Of a DNA stretch of 64,000 bases, positions 28,349 to 37,546 are shown one piece after another. The DNA lies in the NCBI GenBank assembly GCA_039587315.1, contig JBDHIS010000001.1, positions 39-64,038 of the forward strand, read 5' to 3'. This stretch comes from Gemmatimonadota bacterium. GTDB lineage: Bacteria; Gemmatimonadota; Gemmatimonadetes; Gemmatimonadales; GWC2-71-9. A program made the position numbers and the translations under genes. The notes beneath the pieces are model-generated. The model had not been told where the DNA came from. It was given only the letters and a program-made list of their open reading frames with translations, and searched no databases. Each line of letters opens with the position of its first letter. The first letter of the stretch is position 1.

Positions 28349-31300
28349 AACTCACCCGGCTCGAGTTGTCGGGATTCAAGTCGTTTGCCGACGGTGTGGA
28401 CCTCGAGTTTGGGGACGGCATCACCGCCGTCGTCGGCCCCAACGGGTGCGGCAAGTCGAACATCTCCGACGCCGTTCGCTGGGTGCTGGGCGAGCAGCGG
28501 GCCCGTCTGCTGCGCAGCGCGCGCATGGACGAGGTCATCTTTCAGGGCTCCGCCAAGCGGCGCCCCATCAACGTCGCCGACGTTTCGCTAGTCTTCGACA
28601 ACTCCGACGGAATACTCCCGGTCTCGTATCACGAGGTCGTGGTCACGCGCCGAATCTCGCGCAACGGCCAGAGTGACTACCTGCTGAACCAGTCGCCCGT
28701 GCGGCTGCGCGACGTGCAGGACGTGCTGCGTGGAACCGGCCTGGGCAGCGACGCGGGGGTCGTCATCGAAGCGCAGATGATCGACCGCCTCCTGTCCGAC
28801 CGCACCGAGGAGCGGCGTTCACTGTTCGAGGAGGCCGCCGGCATCGGCCTCTACCGCGACCGTAAGGCGAGCACCGAGCGACGGCTAGAGCGCACGGCCG
28901 CCGACCTCCAGCGCCTCGACGACCTGATCAACGAGGTGCAGACCCAGGTGCGCAGCCTGGCACGGCAGCGCGGCAAGGCCGAACGGCATCAGAAATTCAC
29001 GGCCGACCGGTTCGCCATCGTGCTCACGCTCACGCGAAAGGACCTCGCTGACTTCGAGCGGCGCAACGGAGATCTCGAGCTGCGGCGCGAGGAGCTCGGC
29101 GTCCGCATCCCCACCGCGAAGGAGACGATCGAGCGCGGCGAGCGGCAGCGGGAATACCGGGTGCAGGAGCGGGCCGCCTCCGAGGCTCGCCGCACCGAGT
29201 TGGAGCGGCGCCTCGCGACCACGCGCGTCGAGTTGGAGCGCCTGGAGGGCGACCTCAAGATCGCCGGTCAGCGCCTCGAGCACGCCAGCGAGCGCCGCGG
29301 GCGTGCGCAGGAGGAGCGGGCCGACGCCGATACGCGAGCGATCCAGGCAGAGCGAGAGTTGGAAGCCGCGGCCGCCGAGCGACAGTCCGCAGTAGCGGCG
29401 CGCAACTCCGTGCAGACCGAGCTCGACCTCAGGTCGGCCAGCGAAGACGAAGCCCGCGAGCGCCTCGGCCAGCAGCGCCAGCGCGTGCGGGACATCGAGA
29501 GCTCGCTGCAGCGCGAGGCAGAGTCCCTGCGCGCATTGGCGGGCGAGCGCACCGCGCTGGAGCAGGACTTGGAAGAGCTGCGGCGCCAGGAGACCGATTC
29601 GCGGACGCTGCTCCAGGAGGCGCGGGGCGAGCACGAGTCGGCGCTGCGGGAGCAGGAGACGGCCCGCTCGGCGTACGCCGAACGCGAGCGCGAGGAGAGG
29701 GAGGCGGCCGCCGGCTTGGAGCGGTCGCGGCACACCCTGGCCGCGGCGCGCGAGCACGAAGCGGCACTGAGGGCAGAGCGCCGCGAGCTGGACGAGGCGA
29801 TCGCACAGCTCGGGGCTCGCAAGGAGGCCCTGGCCGAGCTCGAGCGTCGGCGCGAGGGGTTGGCCCCCGCCGCCCAGGCGCTGTTGTCAGCTCGCGAGCA
29901 GTTCGGAGAGGGCGCGATCCTGGGCCCGCTGAGCGATTTCCTCAGCGTCCCGGCCGAGCGGGCAACGCTGGCCGAGCATCTGCTCGCCGACTGGCTCCAC
30001 GCCGTGCTCGTGCGCGACGACCAGGCCGTGGAACAAGTCCGGGAATGGCACCAGACAGCGCAGCCCGGACCGATCGTGCTGCTCCCGGTGGCGTCGGGTC
30101 CGCAGCGCACGGGCGGTGGCGCCCAAGCGGTGCCCGAGCTCCAGGCGGTCGAGCCCGCGGCGAGTTGGGTCACGGCTCTGCTCGAGGGCAGCGAGGCCCT
30201 GGACGAGGCAGGCAACCTGATCCGTCGGGCCAGCGGAGCGGTTTACCTGCCCGGCAGCGACGGTTCCGGACCGCTCAGCAGGCGCGCCGAGTTGGACCAG
30301 CTCGCACGCCAGCTCGACGACGCAGACCACCAGCTGTCCCAGCTCACCCAACGCACCCAGGTGGCGGCAGCCGACCATCAGCGCGCGGAGGAGGAGCTGG
30401 AGACGGCCACGGAACGCAGCACTAAGGCACGCGCCGCGCTCAGGGATGCTCAGGGGACGAGCGACGAGGCGAGCCGGCATCTGCACCGCGCGGAGCGCGA
30501 GCGTACGGACGCCGAACAGAGCGTGAGCCGGTTGGGAGACCGGGTAGCCGAGCGAGAGACCCGGCTTCAGACCGTGACCGAGGAGCTCACTGCGGGCCAG
30601 GACGCGCGCTCCCGGCTGGCGCAGGACCTCGAGCGCCAGCAGGCCGCCCTGGGTGATCTCGAGTCGGCTCAGGAAGCCGCGCGCGAACGCCGAGTTCACT
30701 GGCAGGTCGAAGAGGCACAGGTATCGGCGCGGGAGCAGGCCGCGCTCGAGCGCGAGGCGCGAGCGAAGACCGACCTCGAGGACGCGCGCTCGACGAGCGC
30801 CAGGCTCGAGCAGGAGCTGGTCGAGATCCAGACGAGCACCGAGGAGTTGACCCGGCAGCGCGGCGAGTGGGGCGACACGCTGGCCGAGCAGCGCAACGCC
30901 GTTCAGGAGATGCAGGACGCAGCGCAGGCCGCGGAGACCGCGGTGCAGTCGGCCGGCGAGGCCCTGGCCGCCGAGGAGCAATCACTCGAGGAGGCGCGGC
31001 GGGAGGCGGAGCGGCTGGGCGAGGAGCTGCACCGCCTGGAGCTCGAGCTCACCGAGTCCGGCGGGCGCCGCCAGGCGCTCATCGAGCGTGTCGAGGCGGA
31101 GTGGCACAAGCCGATCGAGACGCTGCTCGCCGACGCTCCCGAGGTGGAAGGCGAAGCGGCCGAGCTCAGAGCGCAGGCCGAGCGGCTCGAGCATCAGCTC
31201 GAGAGCATCGGTCCGGTCAACGCGCTGGCCGTGCAGGAACACGCCGAAGAGAGGGACCGGCTGCAGTTCCTGGAGAGCCAGCGCGACGACCTGGTGCAGG

Positions 31301-31821
31301 CGCGCAACTCCCTGATCCAGGCGCTGCGCGAGATCGACCAGACGGCCCGAGAGATGTTCCTGGAGACGTTCACGGCCGTGCGCGAGAACTTCCAGTCGGT
31401 ATTCCAGACGCTGTTCGACGGCGGCGAGTGCGACGTGCGGCTCGCGGACGAGGGCGACCCGCTCGAGAGCGAGATCGTGATCCAGGCGGCGCCGCGAGGC
31501 AAACGGATCCAGCGCATCCACCTGCTCTCCTCGGGCGAGCGGGCCCTGGTGGCGATTTCACTCCTGTTCTCAATCTACCTCACCAAGCCCGCACCGTTCT
31601 GCCTGCTGGACGAGGTAGACGCGCCGTTGGACGACTCCAACGTCATGCGGTTCGTGCGCTTGCTCGAAGAGTTCAAGTCCGACACCCAGTTCATCGTGAT
31701 AACACACAACCCGCGCACGATGCAGGTTGCCGACGCGGTATACGGAGTCACGATGCAGGAGCCCGGCGTATCCACGATCGTCGGAGTACGCCTGGGGGCG
31801 CACGAACTCAGCGGCGCTTGA
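28345..31821 (+). CDS. smc: chromosome segregation protein SMC
   Basis: ATG 28345 overlaps the upstream TGA. MKLTRLELSGFKSFAD...VVGPNGCGKSNISDA. Long coiled coils with a hinge around 29.9-30.3 kb. C-terminal LSSGERALVAISLLFSIY and FCLLDEVDAPLD. The ORF-track start at 28003 is a spurious extension. Confidence 0.95.
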   Translation: MKLTRLELSGFKSFADGVDLEFGDGITAVVGPNGCGKSNISDAVRWVLGEQRARLLRSARMDEVIFQGSAKRRPINVADVSLVFDNSDGILPVSYHEVVVTRRISRNGQSDYLLNQSPVRLRDVQDVLRGTGLGSDAGVVIEAQMIDRLLSDRTEERRSLFEEAAGIGLYRDRKASTERRLERTAADLQRLDDLINEVQTQVRSLARQRGKAERHQKFTADRFAIVLTLTRKDLADFERRNGDLELRREELGVRIPTAKETIERGERQREYRVQERAASEARRTELERRLATTRVELERLEGDLKIAGQRLEHASERRGRAQEERADADTRAIQAERELEAAAAERQSAVAARNSVQTELDLRSASEDEARERLGQQRQRVRDIESSLQREAESLRALAGERTALEQDLEELRRQETDSRTLLQEARGEHESALREQETARSAYAEREREEREAAAGLERSRHTLAAAREHEAALRAERRELDEAIAQLGARKEALAELERRREGLAPAAQALLSAREQFGEGAILGPLSDFLSVPAERATLAEHLLADWLHAVLVRDDQAVEQVREWHQTAQPGPIVLLPVASGPQRTGGGAQAVPELQAVEPAASWVTALLEGSEALDEAGNLIRRASGAVYLPGSDGSGPLSRRAELDQLARQLDDADHQLSQLTQRTQVAAADHQRAEEELETATERSTKARAALRDAQGTSDEASRHLHRAERERTDAEQSVSRLGDRVAERETRLQTVTEELTAGQDARSRLAQDLERQQAALGDLESAQEAARERRVHWQVEEAQVSAREQAALEREARAKTDLEDARSTSARLEQELVEIQTSTEELTRQRGEWGDTLAEQRNAVQEMQDAAQAAETAVQSAGEALAAEEQSLEEARREAERLGEELHRLELELTESGGRRQALIERVEAEWHKPIETLLADAPEVEGEAAELRAQAERLEHQLESIGPVNALAVQEHAEERDRLQFLESQRDDLVQARNSLIQALREIDQTAREMFLETFTAVRENFQSVFQTLFDGGECDVRLADEGDPLESEIVIQAAPRGKRIQRIHLLSSGERALVAISLLFSIYLTKPAPFCLLDEVDAPLDDSNVMRFVRLLEEFKSDTQFIVITHNPRTMQVADAVYGVTMQEPGVSTIVGVRLGAHELSGA

Positions 31822-34088
31822 GGCAGCTCACTCTCGCAATCGCTGCGCTCGGCGTCCTTTCCGCGGGAGTCGAGGCCCAGCAGCCTACAGTGTCGCCCGC
31901 GCTGCAGCCGCTGTTCGAGCGGGATACCGTAGTCACTACCTGGTTCTTCGGTGCCCGCGATCGCTCGCTCGGCGAGATCAGGGCGGCCGTCTCTGCACTG
32001 GGCGGCGTGGTTCGCCGCTCGAGCCGCTGGCTTCACGCTGTCTCGGCGGTCGTTTCCACCGCCGACCTTCAGCGCGCGAGCACCAGTAGCGACTTCCGCC
32101 ATCTCCAGCCGGTGGCGCGCTTCAGCGGCAGGCCGGAGAAGCCGAGGGCGGTTCCCTACTCCGCACTTCCGGCGCTAGCGGCCGCCAACTTCGACTCGCT
32201 TTATGGCCCCTCCGCTGCGCCGCTGCGCCAGCTCGACCTGTTCCCGCTGGCAGACCAGGGGGTACGGGGCAGTGGCGTGACGATCGGCGTGCTGGATACC
32301 GGATTCGAAACCGGAAACGCGGCGTTCGATTCGGCCACCGTCATCGCGCAGTGGGACTTCGTGTTCGACGACTCCACGGTGGCAAACGAGCCGGCCGACA
32401 CCTTCACCGCCTCGCGGCACGGCACGGCTACCTGGTCGCTGCTCGGGGCCAATCTGCCCACGCAGATCATCGGCGTCGCCCCCGAAGCCGACTACATACT
32501 CCTCAAGACCGAGGACGTCCGCTCCGAGACCCGCGTCGAGGAGGACAACTGGGTGGCAGCGCTCGAGTGGGCCGACTCGATCGGGGTGGATGTGATCTCC
32601 TCGAGCGTGGGCTACCTCGATTTCGACGGCGGGTTCAGCTACGCGCCCGAGGACCTGAACGGCGACGTGGCGGTCACGACCGTGGCGGCCGACTCCGCCG
32701 CCGCGCGGGGCATCCTCGTCGTTGCGGCCATGGGCAACAACGGCCCGGGCTTCCGCACCATGATCACACCGGCGGACGGCGATTCCGTTCTCTCGGCGGG
32801 AGCGGTGGACACGCTCGGCGTCGTCGCAGGGTTCAGCTCACGCGGCCCGACCGCCGACGGGCGCTTCAAGCCCGACCTCATGGCAGCCGGCGTCGACGTG
32901 TTCGTGGTCGATCCGCTCTCGGGCTCGGGGTTCTCGCGGTTGGACGGGACATCGTTCTCGACCCCGCTCCTGGCCGGAGCCGCCGCCCTGGTGCGGCAGC
33001 TACAGCCCACACTCGCGCCGATTGACGTGATTGACGCGCTGCGGCGCACGGGGGACAATCGCGCCGCGCCGGACTCCACGCGCGGGTGGGGCATACCCGA
33101 TGGTGCTGCGGCAGCGTACTTCCCGCGCGGCATCGTCGTTACCAACCCCGAGGACACTCTGCTCAAGGCGGTAACCCCTACGTTCGTCTGGAACGTACCG
33201 GGGGTCCCACCGCTGGCGCGGCCGCTCAGCTACAGGCTGAGGATCGCAACCGACACTACGTTCTCGTTCGTAGCGCTCGACACCGTCATTCCCGACACGG
33301 TGTTCACCTGGGCCGAGACCCTGCGCCCCGACGAACGGTTCGTCTTTGCAATCTCGGTGATGTCCGTCGACTCGGTCTCATTCACGACGCTGCCGAGCGA
33401 CGAGTTCATCGTGCCGGATTGGGCGACCCTGCTCACGCTCAACGATCCCGAGGGTACAACGACCAGGGAGCTGCGACCCCTGTTCGAGTGGTCGTCACCC
33501 ATGGTCGTCGCACCGCCGGGCCCGTTCGTGTACGACGTCGCGATCTACCGCGAAGACAACGGCCAACTGGAGCTGGAGCAGAGCGGGCTCACCGAGACCG
33601 AGTACCGGCCACCGCGCGATCTCGAGTTCAACACGCCGTACCACTGGGAGGTCGTCTCTCACCTCGAGGGTGACAGCACCATCACCCGGAGCGAAGGCAC
33701 GTTCATCATCATAGACGATTCCGTGCCATCGGTGACGCTGCTGTTCCAGAACTTCCCGAACCCGTTTCCGAGCCCGACGACCGGGGGCCGCACCACCTGC
33801 ATCTGGTTCGACCTGGCGACGGAAGGGGCGACCACCGTCGACATCCTCGACATCAGGGGCCACGTGGTACGCAACCTGGTGCCGGGAGAGTCGTTTCCCG
33901 CGATCCTCGTGCCGGGTCGCTACGGGCGACCCGCAAACGGGGTGTCCGGAAGCTGCGACCCGGATCTCGAGTGGGATGGAACGGCAGCGGACGGCTCGCA
34001 GGTGCCCCAGGGAGTCTACGTCGTGCGGCTCAATGCCCCTGACGGGAATCAGTTCAAGCGGATCGTCTTCATGGGCTCGGACTTCTGA
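31818..34088 (+). CDS. secreted subtilisin-family (S8) serine peptidase with C-terminal beta-sandwich/sorting-like domain
   Basis: TTG 31818 overlaps the smc TGA and gives signal peptide (M)RQLTLAIAALGVLSAGVEAQ. Catalytic triad contexts GVLDTGF, SRHGTATWS and DGTSFSTPLLAG. The tail FQNFPNPFPS...GVYVVRLNAPDGNQFKRIVFMG resembles FlgD-Ig/T9SS-type C-terminal domains. Confidence 0.82.
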   Translation: MRQLTLAIAALGVLSAGVEAQQPTVSPALQPLFERDTVVTTWFFGARDRSLGEIRAAVSALGGVVRRSSRWLHAVSAVVSTADLQRASTSSDFRHLQPVARFSGRPEKPRAVPYSALPALAAANFDSLYGPSAAPLRQLDLFPLADQGVRGSGVTIGVLDTGFETGNAAFDSATVIAQWDFVFDDSTVANEPADTFTASRHGTATWSLLGANLPTQIIGVAPEADYILLKTEDVRSETRVEEDNWVAALEWADSIGVDVISSSVGYLDFDGGFSYAPEDLNGDVAVTTVAADSAAARGILVVAAMGNNGPGFRTMITPADGDSVLSAGAVDTLGVVAGFSSRGPTADGRFKPDLMAAGVDVFVVDPLSGSGFSRLDGTSFSTPLLAGAAALVRQLQPTLAPIDVIDALRRTGDNRAAPDSTRGWGIPDGAAAAYFPRGIVVTNPEDTLLKAVTPTFVWNVPGVPPLARPLSYRLRIATDTTFSFVALDTVIPDTVFTWAETLRPDERFVFAISVMSVDSVSFTTLPSDEFIVPDWATLLTLNDPEGTTTRELRPLFEWSSPMVVAPPGPFVYDVAIYREDNGQLELEQSGLTETEYRPPRDLEFNTPYHWEVVSHLEGDSTITRSEGTFIIIDDSVPSVTLLFQNFPNPFPSPTTGGRTTCIWFDLATEGATTVDILDIRGHVVRNLVPGESFPAILVPGRYGRPANGVSGSCDPDLEWDGTAADGSQVPQGVYVVRLNAPDGNQFKRIVFMGSDF

Positions 34089-34089
34089 G

Positions 34090-34854
34090 ATGGAGCTCAC
34101 GGTGCTGGGAAGCGGTACCGTTGCGCCCACCTCGGAGCGCACGGCCGCCGCTCACTGGGTGGACGCGCCGCCCGTCAAGCTGCTGCTCGACTGCGGAGCC
34201 GGAGCGCTGCACCGCGCGGCCACGTTTGGCGTACCATGGGCTGAGGCGACGCACGTCGCGATCACGCACTTCCACCAGGACCATTGGGGGGAGCTGGGCA
34301 TGTTCCTGTTCGCCTGCAAGTGGGGGATAGAGCCGCCCCGTTCGGAACCGCTCGTGCTGATCGGCCCCGCCGGCTTTCGAACGCGCCTAACGCTGCTGGC
34401 GGGCGCCTACGGGGACTGGGTGCTGGAGCCGGGATTCCCGCTCGAGATCCGGGAGATATCTCCCGGCGAGTCGGTGGCGTTGGCAGCAGGCGTCGAGCTC
34501 GAAGCCTGCAAGACGCCGCATACGCCCGAGAGCGTGGCCTATGGCGTCAGGACCGGCGGCCTCCGGCTGGTGTACACCGGAGATACGGGGCCCAGCGAGG
34601 AGCTGGCAAAGTGGGCGGACGGATGCGACCTGCTGCTGGCGGAGTGCTCGCTACCCGATGAACGCGCCTTGGAGGTACATTTAACGCCTTCGCAGGCGGG
34701 GGCGTTGGCGCGCGGCGCCAATGCCCGCCGCCTTGTTTTGACCCACTTCTATCCGGTGTTCGGGCAGACGGATCCGGCCACCGTGGCCCGCAGTGAGTTC
34801 GACGGAGAGATCGTGGCTGCCACGGACGGAGACCGCTTTACCGTAGGGGAATAG
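34090..34854 (+). CDS. MBL-fold metallo-hydrolase (RNase Z/BN-like)
   Basis: MELTVLGSGT...LLLDCGAG...ITHFHQDHWGEL (HxHxDH). Confidence 0.8.
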   Translation: MELTVLGSGTVAPTSERTAAAHWVDAPPVKLLLDCGAGALHRAATFGVPWAEATHVAITHFHQDHWGELGMFLFACKWGIEPPRSEPLVLIGPAGFRTRLTLLAGAYGDWVLEPGFPLEIREISPGESVALAAGVELEACKTPHTPESVAYGVRTGGLRLVYTGDTGPSEELAKWADGCDLLLAECSLPDERALEVHLTPSQAGALARGANARRLVLTHFYPVFGQTDPATVARSEFDGEIVAATDGDRFTVGE

Positions 34855-34860
34855 CTGGTC

Positions 34861-35904
34861 ATGCTGGTTGTGATGAAGCACGGCGCAAGCACCGAAGAGG
34901 TGCAGCGCGTAGTCGAGAAGATCGAGGAGCTCGGATACGATGCCCGTCCCATCCCGGGGCAGCAGCGTACCGCAATAGGCCTGGTCGGCAACGACGGCCG
35001 GGTGGACGCCTCGCGCCTCGCGGCGCTCTCGGGCGTCAAAGAGATCATCCACGTCACACAGCCCTACAAACAGGTCTCCCGCGAGTGGAAGGAAGAGCAG
35101 ACGGTCGTCCGGCTCCCGGGCGGCCTCGCCATCGGGGACGACGACGTCGTGGTCATCGCGGGCCCCTGCTCAGTCGAGTCGGAGAAGCAGATCGTCGCCG
35201 CCGCAGAGGCGGTCCGGGCCGCCGGCGCCTCCATGCTGCGCGGCGGCGCATTCAAGCCGCGCACGTCTCCCTACTCGTTCCAGGGCCTCGGCGAAGCGGG
35301 ACTGAAGTTGCTGGCCAAGGCGCGTGACGAGACCGGGCTGCTGGTGGTGACCGAAGCGCTGGACCCCGACGGCGTGGATCTAGTCGCTGAGTACGCCGAC
35401 GTGATTCAGATCGGCGCGCGCAACATGCAGAACTTCTCGCTGCTCAAGCGCGCCGGACGCTCCGGCAAGCCGGTGCTGCTCAAGCGCGGCATCGCAGCCA
35501 CAGTCACGGAGCTGCTGCTCTCGGCTGAGTACCTGCTGGCGGAGGGCAACCACGAAGTGATCCTGTGCGAGCGCGGCGTGCGAGGATTCGACAGCGCAAC
35601 ACGCAACGTGTTCGACATAACGGCGATTCCGCTCGTGCGCACCCTGTCGCACCTCCCGATCGTGGCCGACCCGAGCCACGCGACGGGACGCCGCGAGTTG
35701 GTGACGCCAATGGCGCGCGCGGCGGTGGCCGCCGGCGCCGACGGCGTCATGATCGAGGTGCACCCCAAGCCGGAAGAGGCTCTCTCGGACGGGATGCAGA
35801 GCCTCGACGCCGAGCAGTTCGAGCAGCTGATGCGCGAGATAAGGGTGATCACCGACGCCATCGGTCGCGGAGTGGCCGAGCCGCTGCCCGCAGTGAGTGC
35901 GTGA
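34861..35904 (+). CDS. aroF: 3-deoxy-7-phosphoheptulonate (DAHP) synthase, type I-beta with N-terminal regulatory domain
   Basis: N-terminal ferredoxin-like [26 protein letters not shown]. Catalytic [40 protein letters not shown] and DPSH. Confidence 0.9.
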   Translation: MLVVMKHGASTEEVQRVVEKIEELGYDARPIPGQQRTAIGLVGNDGRVDASRLAALSGVKEIIHVTQPYKQVSREWKEEQTVVRLPGGLAIGDDDVVVIAGPCSVESEKQIVAAAEAVRAAGASMLRGGAFKPRTSPYSFQGLGEAGLKLLAKARDETGLLVVTEALDPDGVDLVAEYADVIQIGARNMQNFSLLKRAGRSGKPVLLKRGIAATVTELLLSAEYLLAEGNHEVILCERGVRGFDSATRNVFDITAIPLVRTLSHLPIVADPSHATGRRELVTPMARAAVAAGADGVMIEVHPKPEEALSDGMQSLDAEQFEQLMREIRVITDAIGRGVAEPLPAVSA

Positions 35905-36551
35905 GAGCGCTAACACTTTCCCTACTCTTCCTGTCGGTCGCCGCACCCCGGCTGCAGGCGCAGGACGCGGCGACGACGCTGGCCCGCGCCGAGCAGGCCT
36001 ACCGCAACCTCACCACATTCACGGCCGACTTCGAGCAGACTCTGGTCAACCCGATGCTGGGCGGGCCGGAAACGACGAGCGGCGCACTGTTCCTCGAGCC
36101 TCCGGGGCGCTTCGCCATGCGCTGGACCGACCCCGACGGGGAGCGCGTGGTGGCGGACGGCGAGTGGCTCTGGGCCTTCGCACCGAGCAGCGTGCCCGAC
36201 CAGGTCATCCGGCAACCGATCCCCCAGTCGGGCCCCTCCTCACCGCAGCTCATGGCCCAGTTCGTGGACCGACCCGAGGAGCGCTACGTGGCCACCTACG
36301 TAGGGGAGGTTCTCGTAAAGGGCGAGCTAACCGACGTCCTGCACCTCGCTCCGAGGCGCGAGGGCCTTCCGTTCAGCGAGGCGGAGATCGCGGTGGGACG
36401 GCGCGACGGGTTGCTGCGCCGCATCACCGTCACGGAGGTGTCGGGGCAGAAGCGCACACTCGTGCTGTCGGGCATAGGCGTGAACGTGAGCATTCCGGAG
36501 TCCGAGTTGGAGTTCGAGGTGCCGAGCGGAGTCAGGATCGTCACGCCCTAG
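35901..36551 (+). CDS. outer-membrane lipoprotein carrier protein LolA-like
   Basis: GTG 35901 overlaps the aroF TGA. Signal peptide (M)[42 protein letters not shown]...[15 protein letters not shown] is LolA-like. Confidence 0.7.
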   Translation: MRALTLSLLFLSVAAPRLQAQDAATTLARAEQAYRNLTTFTADFEQTLVNPMLGGPETTSGALFLEPPGRFAMRWTDPDGERVVADGEWLWAFAPSSVPDQVIRQPIPQSGPSSPQLMAQFVDRPEERYVATYVGEVLVKGELTDVLHLAPRREGLPFSEAEIAVGRRDGLLRRITVTEVSGQKRTLVLSGIGVNVSIPESELEFEVPSGVRIVTP

Positions 36552-36627
36552 CGCTTCCTACGGACAACAGGCGACAATTATCTCGGCTGCGGCATAACCC
36601 GGATACCGAAACCGTGAGGCACGCTCG

Positions 36628-37470
36628 ATGAGTCTGACTCGTCCAACTCTTACATTGACCGTTCTGGCGCTCTCGCTTGTCGCGCTGCCGCTCGCCGCCC
36701 AGGAGCAGACCCGCGAGTCCATGGCACTGGACAACACCGCGGCGCAGTGGTCGTTCCAGTTGGCCTACCAGGCAATGCCCGAGTACCGGCAGGACACGCT
36801 GGCGATCGGCGAGCCGCGCCCCGAGGGCAACAAGGGCTTCTTCCAGTTCCGCATGGTGGCGCCAATTTCACTCGGAAAGGTCACTATCCTGCCGCGCCTC
36901 ACCATGCGCGTGGCCGAGAACAGCGCCGGCGAGTGGGGTTTCTCTCCGACCGACCTGTTCGCGCTCATAGTGCCGTTCCAGTGGTCCACCGGCCGCGCGG
37001 GCATCGGCCCCGACGTGGTCTTCCCCGGCAGCGAGAAGGTAGGGAGCAACGAGTGGGCGTACGGCCTGGCGGGCGCGGTGATACAGCGGTTCTTCAACGA
37101 GAAGATGATGGTAGGGCTGCTGCTGCAGCAGACCTGGGGCCGGCGCGACGTGATTGATCTGGGCCAGCCCATTCCGACCGACAGCACCGAAACCGGAGCC
37201 AACCCGCTCATCATCAACCCCTTCATCAACGTCCAGCTCGGGAAGGGCTGGTACGCCGGCACCAACGACCTCCAGGCGCAGTACAGCTGGGAGTTCGGCG
37301 GCTGGAAGGTCCCGGTGGGTGCCCGTCTCGGTTACGTGCTGGTGCGCCCCAGTAACTCCTGGAACTTCTACGTAGAGTACGCGACGGAATTCGCCACCGA
37401 CGACTGGCCGGGAGCGGTGGCAAAGCACAAGATCCGGCTCAACGTGTCGTTCACGATTCCGGTCGGGTAG
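36628..37470 (+). CDS. putative outer-membrane beta-barrel/transport protein
   Basis: Signal peptide MSLTRPTLTLTVLALSLVALPLAAQ. Alternating amphipathic strands and a C-terminal ...IRLNVSFTIPVG. The family is not identified. Confidence 0.5.
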   Translation: MSLTRPTLTLTVLALSLVALPLAAQEQTRESMALDNTAAQWSFQLAYQAMPEYRQDTLAIGEPRPEGNKGFFQFRMVAPISLGKVTILPRLTMRVAENSAGEWGFSPTDLFALIVPFQWSTGRAGIGPDVVFPGSEKVGSNEWAYGLAGAVIQRFFNEKMMVGLLLQQTWGRRDVIDLGQPIPTDSTETGANPLIINPFINVQLGKGWYAGTNDLQAQYSWEFGGWKVPVGARLGYVLVRPSNSWNFYVEYATEFATDDWPGAVAKHKIRLNVSFTIPVG

Positions 37471-37546
37471 CGATCGCCGACCGCAGCCTCTACATACGCA
37501 GATCTGCCGACGCGCAACGAATCGGCTCAACAGTCACCGGAGCAAC

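Noticed and set aside
28900-31200. Highly repetitive Ala/Glu/Arg/Leu stretches that look like tandem repeats.
   Set aside because: They are the heptad-patterned coiled-coil arms of SMC. At DNA level there is no fixed-period tandem repeat.
30867-31817. Upstream 317-codon extension of the S8 protease ORF, running inside smc in another frame.
   Set aside because: The extension is Arg/Gly/Ala junk. A TTG at 31818 gives a proper signal peptide and the TTGA overlap geometry seen throughout the window.
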